DNA of 64,000 bases from Pseudomonadota bacterium (GCA_039033835.1 JBCCBW010000019.1:14036-78035); one strand, 5' to 3'. Positions 10,043 through 21,006 are shown, counted from the stretch's first letter. Notes: generated by a model from the letters alone, not told the origin. Program-made: numbers and translations.

Positions 10043-11641
10043 AGCTTGCTCCAACTGAGAGAAATCGGTCGCAGCGATGGTGGCCAGCACTTCGCGGCGG
10101 ACTTCACGCGCTCGATCGATAGGGACGCCTGGTATCTCGAACTCTCCGCCTGCCAGGCCCAGATGCAGCGTCGCATAGCCGCGCCACCGGGCAATCGGGC
10201 CCTGAGCAATCTCTACCGAATGCAGCTTCATCCGGATGGCTATCTGGCTTTGCGGAGACAGGAACCCGCGCGTCGCCATGATTTGCGCATTATCGAGTGC
10301 GTGCCGGTGAAACGTCCAGGCGTATATGCTCGCCGCAGCGGAGATAATCGCCAGGGCACCAGGGATTGCTGCTGCCAAGATCGCCCATTCCGGAGCAAAC
10401 GCCGCCGTCGCGAAGTATGTGACGATGGCAATCACGACGTAGAACAGCGATGCGAACAGAGCGCTATCATCGCGATAGTGCTTGCTCGCGCGGTGCCAGT
10501 CGGCGCTGTCATTCGGCAATCGAAACCCGGCGCTGGCCGCAATCGGCGCGATCTCGCCCATCTTCGCAAACGGCGCGACGACGTGACTCGATGAGCCTGC
10601 ATCCTGCGCCAGACTCACGAAGCGCAGATCGTGCCAGCCGAACCGGTAACGCAGCAATCCGGTGCCGATCCTGATGCCCTGAACCCGGTGCACCGGCATC
10701 ACCACATCGGTCTTCGTCAGCAGCCCGCGCCGTCGCCTGAAACCGCGCTCGGTCCGTTCGAGCAGGAAACCCCATTCTCGCAGGAACGTGCGGATCAATC
10801 CCGTCGCCGATCCCACCACGAATACGCCGGCCAGTCCGGCCAGCGCGCCCAACAATTGCAAAGTCGCCCCCAGACCGGCCACTTCTTCCCCGCGCTCGCT
10901 CACCCAACCGGTGATCAGATCGATCGCATCGCCGATTTCGATGAAACCGTCTAGATATTGGGTCAGACCGGCGAGCACGGCGAACACCGCAAGCGAGAAC
11001 TCGAACAGGCCAAAGGTGAACAGACGCCCGGTGCCCATGGTGAACAGAGCCTCAGGCTCGGGTTCGGCTGCGTCGGCCGCGTTTACCCCATCTGCTGCGG
11101 AGACGGTCGCAACTTGCCCATCGCGCCGCTGGCGCACCAATTGCCGCAGCTGTTCGCCTTCGTCTTCGGTCAGGTAAGACAGGCTCAGATCATCGCCGCC
11201 GCCTGCGCCGGTTTCGAACTTTACCGCCACCAGCCCGAAAATCCGCGCAAGCAGCTTTTGTTCGAGGCTCACATCCTGAATGCGTTCATAGGGCACAGAG
11301 CGCGCGGCGCGGCTGAGCACCCCGCTTTCGACCCTGATATCCTGTTCGCCGACGGTGTAAGTCAGGCGCCTCCAGCCGACATAGCTGAAAAACGCACCGA
11401 TCGCGGCGATGGCCACGCCTACGCCCAGCGCGATAAAGACGGAAGAGGAGCCTTCACCGATACTGTACCCGGCAAAGATCGCAGGCAGGATTGCGTTGGA
11501 GAGGCCCGAGACCACCCCGATGAGAATGCTCAGCGGCGCCGTGCGGCGCGGTTCGCTGCCACTGTTTTCCGCATCGGCGCGCGGAATGGCCGGGGCCGAA
11601 ACTTGCGCGGACGAAGGCGGGACGAGGTCGGTCTCGCTCAC
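10040..11641 (-). CDS. PH (bPH_2) domain membrane protein, YdbT-like
   Basis: TM segments alternating with bPH_2-like repeats (RIQDVSLEQ, RVQGIRI, KLHSVEIAQGP); GTG start at 11641 coupled to the upstream stop. Confidence 0.85.
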   Translation of the reverse strand: MSETDLVPPSSAQVSAPAIPRADAENSGSEPRRTAPLSILIGVVSGLSNAILPAIFAGYSIGEGSSSVFIALGVGVAIAAIGAFFSYVGWRRLTYTVGEQDIRVESGVLSRAARSVPYERIQDVSLEQKLLARIFGLVAVKFETGAGGGDDLSLSYLTEDEGEQLRQLVRQRRDGQVATVSAADGVNAADAAEPEPEALFTMGTGRLFTFGLFEFSLAVFAVLAGLTQYLDGFIEIGDAIDLITGWVSERGEEVAGLGATLQLLGALAGLAGVFVVGSATGLIRTFLREWGFLLERTERGFRRRRGLLTKTDVVMPVHRVQGIRIGTGLLRYRFGWHDLRFVSLAQDAGSSSHVVAPFAKMGEIAPIAASAGFRLPNDSADWHRASKHYRDDSALFASLFYVVIAIVTYFATAAFAPEWAILAAAIPGALAIISAAASIYAWTFHRHALDNAQIMATRGFLSPQSQIAIRMKLHSVEIAQGPIARWRGYATLHLGLAGGEFEIPGVPIDRAREVRREVLATIAATDFSQLEQA

Positions 11642-12198
11642 AGGCTCTCGCGCTTGATATGAGCGCGAATATCTTCGCGCATCTCCACCGCCAGCTCGTG
11701 CCCCAGCCCCGGAAGATGGACCGAAGCGTTGTGATTGCCAGCGGTATGCAACGTCAGCGTGGCGATCCCGAAGAACCGCTCGATCGGCCCTTGGTCGACA
11801 TCGATATGCTGGACCCTTCCGAACGGCACGACCGTATCGGAACGCCATAGCAACCCGCGCACAACGCGCAGTCGATCCGCGCTCATATTGTAACCGCGCG
11901 CATGATAGCGCCGCGAGGGCAGGCGGATGATGAAGGCGATGACGATCAGCAGCAATGGCCCGGCGACTATGCCCGATGGCAAGCCGAGCGCCGCGCCCGC
12001 GTCGCCTTGCAGCACCGCTTCGATCACCAGCGCGCCGATCAGAAACGGGATAGCGGTCAGCGCCGTTTGCACCCGTAGGGCGGAGACGTAGCTCGGGTGC
12101 AGCCTGGTCAGATCGCCATCGGCATCAGCAGTTATCTGCCCCGGCAAAGCGCTGGCAGAAGCGGGACCGGACGGCGATGACAAGGCGGAGACTTCCAT
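11638..12198 (-). CDS. PH (bPH_2) domain membrane protein, YdbS-like
   Basis: VPFGRVQHIDVDQGPIERFFGIATLTLHTAG signature; paired with the YdbT-like gene. Confidence 0.88.
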   Translation of the reverse strand: MEVSALSSPSGPASASALPGQITADADGDLTRLHPSYVSALRVQTALTAIPFLIGALVIEAVLQGDAGAALGLPSGIVAGPLLLIVIAFIIRLPSRRYHARGYNMSADRLRVVRGLLWRSDTVVPFGRVQHIDVDQGPIERFFGIATLTLHTAGNHNASVHLPGLGHELAVEMREDIRAHIKRESL

Positions 12199-12256
12199 AG
12201 TGTCCCCACATGAGTGGCACGGCCTCCCGGTGCAAGACCGAAATATGAAGCGGAGT

Positions 12257-14422
12257 TCAGAAAGCCACAGTCAAGCCACCTGAAACGTCATGCGCTTCCA
12301 GATCGCCAGCGAAAGTCCCCTCGTACCGCACGAACAGCGAAATCGAGTCTCCGATCGTTGCGGTCAGGCCAGCCCCGCCGAAGAATGCACTGTCTTCCAG
12401 CTCCGCTGCGCCTACTCGGAACGCGCTGATAGGAGGCACATCGACCAGCGCGGCGAAGGCTTCTCCTCCATCGTCGATGACATCAAACCGCCAGCCTACG
12501 CGCACGTCGGGGCGAATGACGGTATCGCCAGAACCGAAATCGCGCGCGACCGCAATTTGCGGAGCCAAGAACAGCGCTTCGAAATCCTCCGCCGGTTCCA
12601 CTGCGAGTGCAAAACCGGGCGTACCGGTCTCAACTACATCATCGCGATCGAGACTGACATAGGTTGCAGTCAATTGCGGCACGATGGCGAAGCCGCCATA
12701 ATCGGCTTCATAGGCAACATCGCCATAGATGATGAAATGGTCCGCATCGGCCTCGCCCTCGGCAAATACTTCCGATGCTCCGGGAAGCTGACGCTCGAAC
12801 TCGCCTTCACCGAAGGAATACGTGAATGCGCCGCCAATGCGAAGCCCGCCGTGATGAAACAGTCCATGGACACCAACAGAGCCGGTTTCCTGTTCATATT
12901 CGGCAAGTTCGACAGAGCCTTGTTCAAGCTCCCCCTCGCCTTCGACGTAGCCGCCATGCATACCTACAAGGATGCGCTCGGACAGCTGGTAATCCAGCCC
13001 GAAAAGCACACCAAAAACGTCGCTGTCAAAATCCGAGGTGCCGAAATCCGCATCGCCATCAGTCTCCTGCCATCCGCCGAACACATCGCTCCAGAGTGCA
13101 ATACCACCCACTTGCGTGCCGCGATGATGGGCCCGGTCGAAAGCATCGCGTAATGCGCGCGTCTGAAGATCGGCGGCCTCGGCGGCGATGATGCCGGGCG
13201 CGTTTGCGTAGATCTCCGGCGAGAATGCACGCAGCCCGAGATCGAGACCGTTGGCTCCAAGATCAGACAGCGCGACCAATCCCGGCAAGCCTGCGCCGGT
13301 GACGCCAGCGCCGAGCAGAGTCGTGATATAATCGGCGGCTGGCAGCGCCTGCGCTGAGAGCGGAACGCTGCCATCGAGTAGGAAATCGCCGGTCACCAAC
13401 TGCACCAACGGATCGGTCGCATCGACGCTGATCGTAGTGAAAAGCGGAGCGGCGATGCTGTCGAATGCAGGCGCACCGCCTTGAGGCGAAAGCAGGTCGA
13501 ACGTGAAATCCGATGTGATCGGCCCGAAAGCCGACAGTTGCAATTGACCGCCAATGATAGCTTGCGGGGCTTCTTGCGGCACGCCTGCGATAAGGCCGAA
13601 ATCGGGGCCAAAGCCGGTCGCTGCGATCGAATTGAACTGCGCCTGCGTGATGCTTGCGCCATCGGCAACGCCCAAATCGCTGAGATCGATGCCGGTCCCA
13701 TAAACGTTCAGACCCGGCACATTGATGAGGAAGGCCAACGCATCGGGATCTTCTAGCTCGGCGAGCGAGGAAATCGGATCGCCCGCGGCCGTAAAGAAGG
13801 AGAGCGGGCCAGTGAAACCGTTGCCGCCAAATTGGGCGAAGGCATCCGACAGCACCTCAAGTGACGCGCCGCTTGGGATGGTGATGAGGGTAGGATCGCC
13901 GCCAAGGACAGTCGGACCTCCACTGGGCGGAATAACGCCAGCTGGTGGGCTCAGTTCAATTACGATCAAATCGACACCCGGCCCATTGACGATACCAGTG
14001 GGCGCACCATCCACCCCGGCAAAGCTAATGGTCAGCCCGTCGGTGACACTTGGGTTTTGCAGGTTCGATCCGATGAAAAAGTCTTCGATCAGTCCTGCTC
14101 GAGAACCCGGCGGGATCAGCGTAGTGTCCATTACCGAAGTCGTCGGGATACCCGCGACCGAAGTTTCGAACGGAACGGTCGTCGCGGTCTCATACCCTTC
14201 GAGCCGGGCATTCGCGGCGTTGTTCTGGTTGACGGCGACACTCCCACCATTACCGTCGTCGACGGCGGCACCGCGAAAGACCAGCGCGCCCGTTTCCGGA
14301 TTGCGTTCTGTGACCAGAACCTGAAGTCCTTGAGCGTAAGCCGTCGCCGAAAAGGCAAAGGCGCTTACCAGCAATGGTCCGGCGATGATTATCGGCTTCG
14401 CAAATCGGTTGATAGATGGCAT
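12257..14422 (-). CDS. autotransporter (type Va) with uncharacterised acidic passenger
   Basis: signal peptide (AFSATAYA), FSPEIYA linker helix, about 280-aa C-terminal beta-barrel (GLDYQL..., RVGWRFD, terminal GGLTVAF). Confidence 0.8.
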   Translation of the reverse strand: MPSINRFAKPIIIAGPLLVSAFAFSATAYAQGLQVLVTERNPETGALVFRGAAVDDGNGGSVAVNQNNAANARLEGYETATTVPFETSVAGIPTTSVMDTTLIPPGSRAGLIEDFFIGSNLQNPSVTDGLTISFAGVDGAPTGIVNGPGVDLIVIELSPPAGVIPPSGGPTVLGGDPTLITIPSGASLEVLSDAFAQFGGNGFTGPLSFFTAAGDPISSLAELEDPDALAFLINVPGLNVYGTGIDLSDLGVADGASITQAQFNSIAATGFGPDFGLIAGVPQEAPQAIIGGQLQLSAFGPITSDFTFDLLSPQGGAPAFDSIAAPLFTTISVDATDPLVQLVTGDFLLDGSVPLSAQALPAADYITTLLGAGVTGAGLPGLVALSDLGANGLDLGLRAFSPEIYANAPGIIAAEAADLQTRALRDAFDRAHHRGTQVGGIALWSDVFGGWQETDGDADFGTSDFDSDVFGVLFGLDYQLSERILVGMHGGYVEGEGELEQGSVELAEYEQETGSVGVHGLFHHGGLRIGGAFTYSFGEGEFERQLPGASEVFAEGEADADHFIIYGDVAYEADYGGFAIVPQLTATYVSLDRDDVVETGTPGFALAVEPAEDFEALFLAPQIAVARDFGSGDTVIRPDVRVGWRFDVIDDGGEAFAALVDVPPISAFRVGAAELEDSAFFGGAGLTATIGDSISLFVRYEGTFAGDLEAHDVSGGLTVAF

Positions 14423-14626
14423 TCTATTTGCCCCCTTCGCTTATCGAAAACACGGCGCAGCCATGCTGCTAAAGACTGACTTTCCAGAATTCGTCGCCTT
14501 AACGGGCACAACAGACCCGTACGCGACATTCATCACGCTCTAAGGCTGCCGAACGGCCCGATTATACTTGATTGCTGCTCGATTATTGTTCGATTCTGCG
14601 TGCCGAACGCCGTGAGGCGCTGAGGC

Positions 14627-15796
14627 TTATCGCCTCTGGTCGAACCGCCGCCCGACCATCGCTGCTGCAATATTCGTCTTCTGCACGTCGATCGCTCCAC
14701 CGGCGATCCCCCACGCATAAGCATCGCGCAGGCGCTGCTCCATCCCGTAATCGGTGTGGTAGCCGTATCCGCCCATCACCTGCATGCCGAGCGCGGCGAC
14801 TTCGCGCACGATTTCATTGGCGTAGCATTTGGCGAGGCTGCTCTCATAGACGGTCGGCAGCCCGTCATTCTGTTTGGCGGCGTTTGTGGCTGCGCGGTGA
14901 ATCAGCAGCCGCGCCGCATCGACCTTCATCGCCATCTCGGCGAGCTTCATCTGCACCGCCTGAAAATCCACGATCGGTTTTCCGAACGCTTCGCGCTCCT
15001 GCGTATATTGAAGCGCTTGTTCCAATGCCGCCGCCGCCACGCCGAGGCTCTGGGTCGCGTTGCCACACCGTTCCAGCCCAAACGCGCTCATCAGCTTGCC
15101 GAAGCCGCCAGCGCCGATGATGACGTTCTCGCCCGGCACTTTGACGTCCTCGATCGCATAATCGGCGGTTGGAATACCGCGAAAGCCCATCAGCTCCTCG
15201 CGCTTGCCGAACTGCATGCCTTCCATGTCTTTTTCGAGCAGGATCGCGCCGATCCCTTTCGCTCCCGGATCGTCGGTAAAGCGGCAATAGGTGACGTAAT
15301 AATCCGAATGGCCGCCGCCGCTCGTCCAGCGTTTGTAGCCGTTGACCACGTAACCGTTGCCATCCGCTGTCGCCTTTGTCGTAAGATCGGTGAGCGCGGT
15401 TCCGGCATCAGGCTCGGACATCGACACAGCGACGATCTTCTCGCCCTTGATGACCTCGGGCAGAATACGCGCTTTCATTTCCGACGAGCCGAACCGGTCG
15501 ATGGTGCGAACCGGCCCGGTCAGCGCTTCAAACACCGGGAACGCCACCGCGTTGGTTATCTGCGCAAATTCCTCAAGCACGATCAACGCCTCGATATGCC
15601 CGAGACCCAGCCCGCCATATTCGGTCGGCAGGTTCACGCCGAGGAACCCCATCTCGCCATAGGTGCGCAGCATGGCGGGCGGGACCGGATAGTCGTTCCG
15701 CTCCATGTCGCGCGCCAGCTCCGGCAGCTCGGCACGGGCGAATTTGCGGGCGGTTTCCTGCAGCTCGCGCTGCTCATCGGTCAGTGTAAAGTCCAT
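14627..15796 (-). CDS. acyl-CoA dehydrogenase
   Basis: SMSEPDAGT, NGYKRWTS, RxxFGKPI, GGYGY motifs. Confidence 0.93.
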   Translation of the reverse strand: MDFTLTDEQRELQETARKFARAELPELARDMERNDYPVPPAMLRTYGEMGFLGVNLPTEYGGLGLGHIEALIVLEEFAQITNAVAFPVFEALTGPVRTIDRFGSSEMKARILPEVIKGEKIVAVSMSEPDAGTALTDLTTKATADGNGYVVNGYKRWTSGGGHSDYYVTYCRFTDDPGAKGIGAILLEKDMEGMQFGKREELMGFRGIPTADYAIEDVKVPGENVIIGAGGFGKLMSAFGLERCGNATQSLGVAAAALEQALQYTQEREAFGKPIVDFQAVQMKLAEMAMKVDAARLLIHRAATNAAKQNDGLPTVYESSLAKCYANEIVREVAALGMQVMGGYGYHTDYGMEQRLRDAYAWGIAGGAIDVQKTNIAAAMVGRRFDQRR

Positions 15797-15910
15797 CGGC
15801 CCTGCTTAAGTCCTCTCTGCTCGTGACTGTCCCCTAGCGCATTTGTGAGGACGACGCGCAAGAGCCGACAGCATAGAGTCCGGCTTCAGATGAAACGAGG
15901 GAAAGCGATC

Positions 15911-16570
15911 ATGACCAAACTCCATTCCAGGCTTCATTCGAGTTTGGGCCCCAATCCGCGCCTGGTGCGCATGTTCCTTATCGAAAAGGGCCTTGAGGAA
16001 GGGAAGGATTTCGAGCGCGTCCACTACGACATCATCACTGGCGAAAACCGTCAGGATGAGGATTACATCAAGAAGAACCCGCTCGGCACGATTCCGATGC
16101 TGGAACTGGACGACGGCACCTGCCTCACCGAAAGCTGGCCGATCTGCGAGTTTATCGAGGAAGAGCACCCGGAGCCCAATCTTTTCGGCACCACGTCGCG
16201 CGAACGCGCCGAGGTGCGCAAATGGGCGCGGCTGTTCGATCAGGAGGTCGTGGTGCCGATGACGATGGGCTTTCGTGCGGGTGGCGGACGCCCGATGTTC
16301 GAACCACGCATGCCGGTGGTCAGCCCTGATGCGGGAGCGGAACTGTCCGCCATGTCGGATGAGAAATGGCGGTACTTCGACAGCGTCCTCGGCGACAGCA
16401 ATCACTTTGCGCTCGGCCGGTTTACGTTCGCCGACCTGATCGTGTTCTGCTTTGCCAATTTCGGCTTCACGGTGGGGTGGAAGCTGCCCGAGGGCACGGA
16501 CAATCTCGCGCGCTTTATCGACACCCATAACAAGCGGGCCAGCGCGGGCATCTGGCAGCAGCCGGAATAA
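15911..16570 (+). CDS. glutathione S-transferase family protein
   Basis: GPNPRLVRMFL, NPLGTIPMLELDDG, ESWPICEFI, FTFADL; start at ATG 15911 after GAGGG RBS. Confidence 0.9.
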   Translation: MTKLHSRLHSSLGPNPRLVRMFLIEKGLEEGKDFERVHYDIITGENRQDEDYIKKNPLGTIPMLELDDGTCLTESWPICEFIEEEHPEPNLFGTTSRERAEVRKWARLFDQEVVVPMTMGFRAGGGRPMFEPRMPVVSPDAGAELSAMSDEKWRYFDSVLGDSNHFALGRFTFADLIVFCFANFGFTVGWKLPEGTDNLARFIDTHNKRASAGIWQQPE

Positions 16571-17337
16571 TGGCCGACCTCAGCGGAAAGGTCGCAATCG
16601 TCACCGGCTGCGCTAATGGGATCGGCGCTGCGACAGTGCGGCGATTGCGGGCGGACGGAGCACAGGTGCTCGGCACCGACATTCTGACGGAGGAAGGCGG
16701 GGCATTGTGCGAAGAAGCGGACGCTCGCTTTGCGGTGCAGGATGTTTCGAACATCGCGCGTTGGCCGCAGATCGTTGCGGATGCGGTGGAGACGTTCGGG
16801 CGACTTGATATCCTCATCAACAATGCGGGCACGGTTTCGTCGTTATCGATAGAGGACGTAACCGATGAAGCTTGGGAGCGGATCATCGGCATCAATCTGA
16901 CCGGGACGATGGCAGGGTGCCGTGCGGCGATTGCGGCGATGAGAAACAATCCCGGTGGCGCAAAGGGCTCCATCATCAACATCGCATCCACCACGGCGAT
17001 GGCGCCATTACCCACCGATGTCGCCTATTCCGCGAGCAAAGGCGCGGTGCGGGTGCTGTCCAAGTCTGTCGCCACCCATTGCGCGCAGGCAGGGTATGCG
17101 ATCCGCTGCAACACGATCATTCCCGGCGCGACCGACACCAATATCCTCGCGCAGGCTGAGAACGTGACGCCCGGTTTGAAAGAGGCAGTCGCGGCGACAT
17201 CGCCAATGAAGCGGCTCGCCGATCCGGCTGAAACGGCAGCTGCGATTGCCTTTCTAGCAAGCGACGAATGCCCTTATATGACCGGCGCTGAAATGCTGGT
17301 CGATGGCGGAATGATGTCGTTGCATCCCGGCTTTTAG
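16570..17337 (+). CDS. classical SDR (hydroxysteroid/cyclic alcohol dehydrogenase-like)
   Basis: TGCANGIG, NNAG, YSASK. Confidence 0.92.
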   Translation: MADLSGKVAIVTGCANGIGAATVRRLRADGAQVLGTDILTEEGGALCEEADARFAVQDVSNIARWPQIVADAVETFGRLDILINNAGTVSSLSIEDVTDEAWERIIGINLTGTMAGCRAAIAAMRNNPGGAKGSIINIASTTAMAPLPTDVAYSASKGAVRVLSKSVATHCAQAGYAIRCNTIIPGATDTNILAQAENVTPGLKEAVAATSPMKRLADPAETAAAIAFLASDECPYMTGAEMLVDGGMMSLHPGF

Positions 17338-18644
17338 TTAGTCGCCATTCTTTCGAGATGGCCTGACGCGCGCATCTGCGCAGCAGTCCACGCAAACACC
17401 GCCATCGCGAAGATACCTGACACCAGACAGACCGCAAAAACCGCAATCGTCAGCGATAATGAACCTTGCGTAGGCGCGAGCCAGTCGCTGACCCAGCCTA
17501 TCACCGCAAGCCCCAGCGCCTGCCCCACGAGGTTGTTAAAGAACAACGCGATCGCCACGGCAAACCCGCGCTGACCCGGCTCGACCGCCGCCTGAATGCC
17601 CGACAGGATCGGTGCCTGGCTCGCGACATAGATCGCATAGGCGAAGGCGAAGTAGATCAGGAAGGGCCAGAAACTATCGGATGACAGACTCATTCCCAGC
17701 GGCAGCACACAGCCAAGGCTCACTATGCCCGGAAGCCATGCACGCCAGCGTTCGTCGCGCCGGGTCAGCCAGCCTGCGACATAACCTCCCAGGATCGGCC
17801 CCGGAATGCCGCCGATCAGGAAGGCTAGGCCGAGATAGATGCCGACATCGCCGCTCGAAATGCCGAAATTGCGGATCATCACCGCCGCCATCCAGAACGC
17901 GAGCGCATATCCGATCATGATCTGCACCGCCCAGCCGACCGCCAGCCCCATGAATACCCGGTTGCCGAACAGCACCCGCGCGGTTTCGAACAGCGGCTGT
18001 TGCTCGATTTTGGCGTCCTTCGGCGCATGGCGACCCCGGCGAGGCTCTCGCATGGTGAAATATACGACCGCTCCGATCACGATCCCCGGCAGGCCCATCA
18101 GGACAAACGCCCAACGCCAGCCAAACAGCTCGTTCAATTGCCCTCCGACCAGCAGGCCTCCTGCGGTGCCCATGGTTGCGCCGATGGTCAGAAAACCCAT
18201 CGCCTTGGCCAGCTCTTCACGGCGGAAGTAGTCGGCGACGAGACTTTGCGAGGCCGGACCCGAGCACCCCTCACCCACGCCAACGCCGGTGCGGGCAAAG
18301 AATAGCGTCCAGAATCCGGTCGCCAGCCCGCACAGAGCCGTCATCCCGCTCCAGAATGCAATTGCTCCAGCGACAATATTCTTGCGGACGGATCGATCAG
18401 CCAGTCGTGCCGCAGGAAATCCGACGATCACATAAGTCGCGGCAAAGGCCAGTCCGCCGAGCAAGCCGATTTGACCATCGGAAAAGGAGAACTCGGCCTT
18501 GATGTCTTCCAGCAGGATCGAGAACACCAGCCGGTCCGCGATCGAGAACATGCTGACCAGCGTCAGCAGCCCGAGCACATACCAACGATACGCGCCTTCG
18601 CCTTTGGCAGGAGCTGAACTAGGAGGATTAGATTGTGTCGACAT
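17334..18644 (-). CDS. MFS transporter (spinster-like)
   Basis: DRLVFSILLEDIK, ARLADRSVRK motif A, 12 TM pattern. Confidence 0.9.
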   Translation of the reverse strand: MSTQSNPPSSAPAKGEGAYRWYVLGLLTLVSMFSIADRLVFSILLEDIKAEFSFSDGQIGLLGGLAFAATYVIVGFPAARLADRSVRKNIVAGAIAFWSGMTALCGLATGFWTLFFARTGVGVGEGCSGPASQSLVADYFRREELAKAMGFLTIGATMGTAGGLLVGGQLNELFGWRWAFVLMGLPGIVIGAVVYFTMREPRRGRHAPKDAKIEQQPLFETARVLFGNRVFMGLAVGWAVQIMIGYALAFWMAAVMIRNFGISSGDVGIYLGLAFLIGGIPGPILGGYVAGWLTRRDERWRAWLPGIVSLGCVLPLGMSLSSDSFWPFLIYFAFAYAIYVASQAPILSGIQAAVEPGQRGFAVAIALFFNNLVGQALGLAVIGWVSDWLAPTQGSLSLTIAVFAVCLVSGIFAMAVFAWTAAQMRASGHLERMATN

Positions 18645-18771
18645 TTAGATCATGGCGTGGCGAAAATGGTGAGGTTGCACGACCCGGCGCGCAGCGGCCT
18701 TCCAGGCCGTGAGCACCGGAAGCGTGGAAAGTCGCCATTTGCAGGCCGTCAGGGCTGAATGTCGACACAAT

Positions 18772-19551
18772 CTAATGATGAGGTCGGGCGTCGAGGCCGT
18801 TGTCCACCGGGATCGTCAGGCCGCTCAGGAACCGCGCATCGTCCGAAGCGAGAAACGCCACGCACCCGGCGACATCGCGCGGATGACCCAGCGCATCGCT
18901 GGGCAGCGGGCCGTCGGGGATTTCCATTGGCTCCTCCCCGGCCCGGCCGGACACCTCCATCACCATCGGCGTTTCGATACCGCCGGGTGCCAGCGCATTG
19001 CAGCGGATGCCATACCCCTCATCCTGACAATGGACAGCGATCGAGCGGGTCATAGAGCTGATCCCGCCTTTCGCCGCCGTGTAGGCCGGGATATTACCAT
19101 AGCCCATAAGCGCCGCGGTCGAGGCCATATTGACGATCGAGGAACCTCCGCCGCCGACTGTTTTGTGCCGATGCTTCATCAGCGGCAGCGCGTATTTGCA
19201 GCCCAGAAACGTTCCGACCACATGAATGTCGAGGTGCAGCTTGAAATGATCGAGCGGGCAATCCTCGATACTTTCAAAGATCACATTGCCGGCATTGTTG
19301 ACGAGGATGTCGAGACCGCCGTGACGTTCCTCGACCGCGTGCATCACGTCCTTCCATTGCTGCTCATCGGTCACATCGAGCGCCATCGCATCTCCGCCGA
19401 TGCTATCCGCCACCTGATGCGCCTTTTCGACCTCGCGATCGGTGACGATTACATGCGCGCCTTCTTCGGCCAACCGCTCGCAATCGGCTTTGCCCAGCCC
19501 CATCGCGCCGCCTGTCACCAGCGCAATTTTGCCCGCTACCCGTCCTGCCAT
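18772..19551 (-). CDS. classical SDR
   Basis: TGGAMGLG, NNAG, YTAAK. Confidence 0.92.
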   Translation of the reverse strand: MAGRVAGKIALVTGGAMGLGKADCERLAEEGAHVIVTDREVEKAHQVADSIGGDAMALDVTDEQQWKDVMHAVEERHGGLDILVNNAGNVIFESIEDCPLDHFKLHLDIHVVGTFLGCKYALPLMKHRHKTVGGGGSSIVNMASTAALMGYGNIPAYTAAKGGISSMTRSIAVHCQDEGYGIRCNALAPGGIETPMVMEVSGRAGEEPMEIPDGPLPSDALGHPRDVAGCVAFLASDDARFLSGLTIPVDNGLDARPHH

Positions 19552-19686
19552 CGCTCTCTCCCCAGAGATCTATGTTTCGGTGCAGACTATTGTCGGATCG
19601 GCGGGGCACCACTGTTTAAACCGATGAGAAAAGTGTGAGGTGCGCCGCACAGCGCGTTGGCTATCCTGCCTGCCGGGAGAGAGCGG

Positions 19687-21006
19687 ATGATGGATAACGC
19701 CGAAGTCGCACGCTTGCGAGCGCTGATGGAATGGGAGGGCAGCCGGACGATGCCGCCGCAGGGTTTCCCGAAACTGCCCGACATGCCCGCTGCGCGCTAC
19801 ACCTCACCAGAATATTTCGCGCTCGAACAGGAGCATATCTTTCGCAAGAGCTGGCTGTTCGCGGGCCATATCGACGAGATTCCCGAACCCGGCTGTTACA
19901 TGCGCTGGGACAATGCGGGCGATCCGATCGTCATCGTGCACGGAATGGATGGAAAGGTCCGCGCCTTCTACAACACCTGCCGCCATCGCGGCGCGCCAGT
20001 GGTGACCGAGGATTTCGGCAAATCGTCGCGGCTGATGTGCGGCTATCACAACTGGACGTACAGGACCGACGGATCGCTGATCGGCGTGCCCGAACGGCAG
20101 GATTTCCCGCCCGATTTCGACATGTCATGCCGCGGATTGCTGCCTGTGCGCTGCGAAATGCTGGGGAACGTGATCTTCGTGAATTTCGACGCAGATGCGA
20201 TGCCGCTGACCCAATGGCTTGGTCCACTCATGCGCGAATGGGACGAGTTTGCGTTCGACAAGGTGAAGCTCGCCGCGCGCCATTCTTTCGAGCTCAATTG
20301 CAACTGGAAGGTCGCGATGGAGGCCAACATGGAGGTTTATCATGTGCCATTCATCCACCCGGAAACCGTCGCCCCGCTGGTCGATCCCAAACGCAACCTC
20401 AACACGATGTACCCCCACGGCCACGCCCGCATGTTGGCACCGCCACCACGCACGACGGATCGCGAGCATGTTCGCGCGGTCGATAGCCCGCCCGAATGGC
20501 AGCAGATCGAGAGCGTCGGTGAACTCGGGCGGACCTGCACGCAAAGCTACACGCTGTTCCCAAACTGGGTTTCCCCGCTCTCGAACTATTTCGTGCCGCC
20601 GCTATTGTTCTGGCCGACATCGCTGAACACGACGCGGCTGGAGCTGGTGACGATGGCGCTCGATTGGGGGGACGGCCCAGCGCCCGACCTCTGGACTGTG
20701 CCCGATGAAACCCAGCCTAATGGCCGCCAGATGAGTCCGATCATTCTCGAAGACACGCAGTTCGGCGAGGCGATCCAACATTCGATGCAAAGCTCCGCGT
20801 TTCGCAGCGTGCCGCTGTCCTATCAGGAAGCGCGGATCTACTCGTTCCACCAATCCTGCGACCGAATGATCGGCATCGAAAACGTGCCTGAAGAGCTTCG
20901 GATCGAGCAGGTGATCGGAGAGGAATGGGTGTGGCCCAACGACCCTCGCGTAACACAGATGGAGGCTGAGGCCTCGACCAGAGACACGCGCGACGCCGCT
21001 GAATGA
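19687..21006 (+). CDS. Rieske non-heme iron oxygenase alpha subunit (1)
   Basis: CRH...CGYH Rieske motif and EVYHVPFIH mononuclear Fe motif; start uncertain (19657 or 19687). Confidence 0.92.
   Translation: MMDNAEVARLRALMEWEGSRTMPPQGFPKLPDMPAARYTSPEYFALEQEHIFRKSWLFAGHIDEIPEPGCYMRWDNAGDPIVIVHGMDGKVRAFYNTCRHRGAPVVTEDFGKSSRLMCGYHNWTYRTDGSLIGVPERQDFPPDFDMSCRGLLPVRCEMLGNVIFVNFDADAMPLTQWLGPLMREWDEFAFDKVKLAARHSFELNCNWKVAMEANMEVYHVPFIHPETVAPLVDPKRNLNTMYPHGHARMLAPPPRTTDREHVRAVDSPPEWQQIESVGELGRTCTQSYTLFPNWVSPLSNYFVPPLLFWPTSLNTTRLELVTMALDWGDGPAPDLWTVPDETQPNGRQMSPIILEDTQFGEAIQHSMQSSAFRSVPLSYQEARIYSFHQSCDRMIGIENVPEELRIEQVIGEEWVWPNDPRVTQMEAEASTRDTRDAAE

Noticed and set aside
12199-14626. Integration site (tRNA, integrase, att repeats) at the left border of the cluster
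   Set aside because: No tRNA, integrase or direct repeat was recognisable, so horizontal origin of the cluster is not shown by this window.
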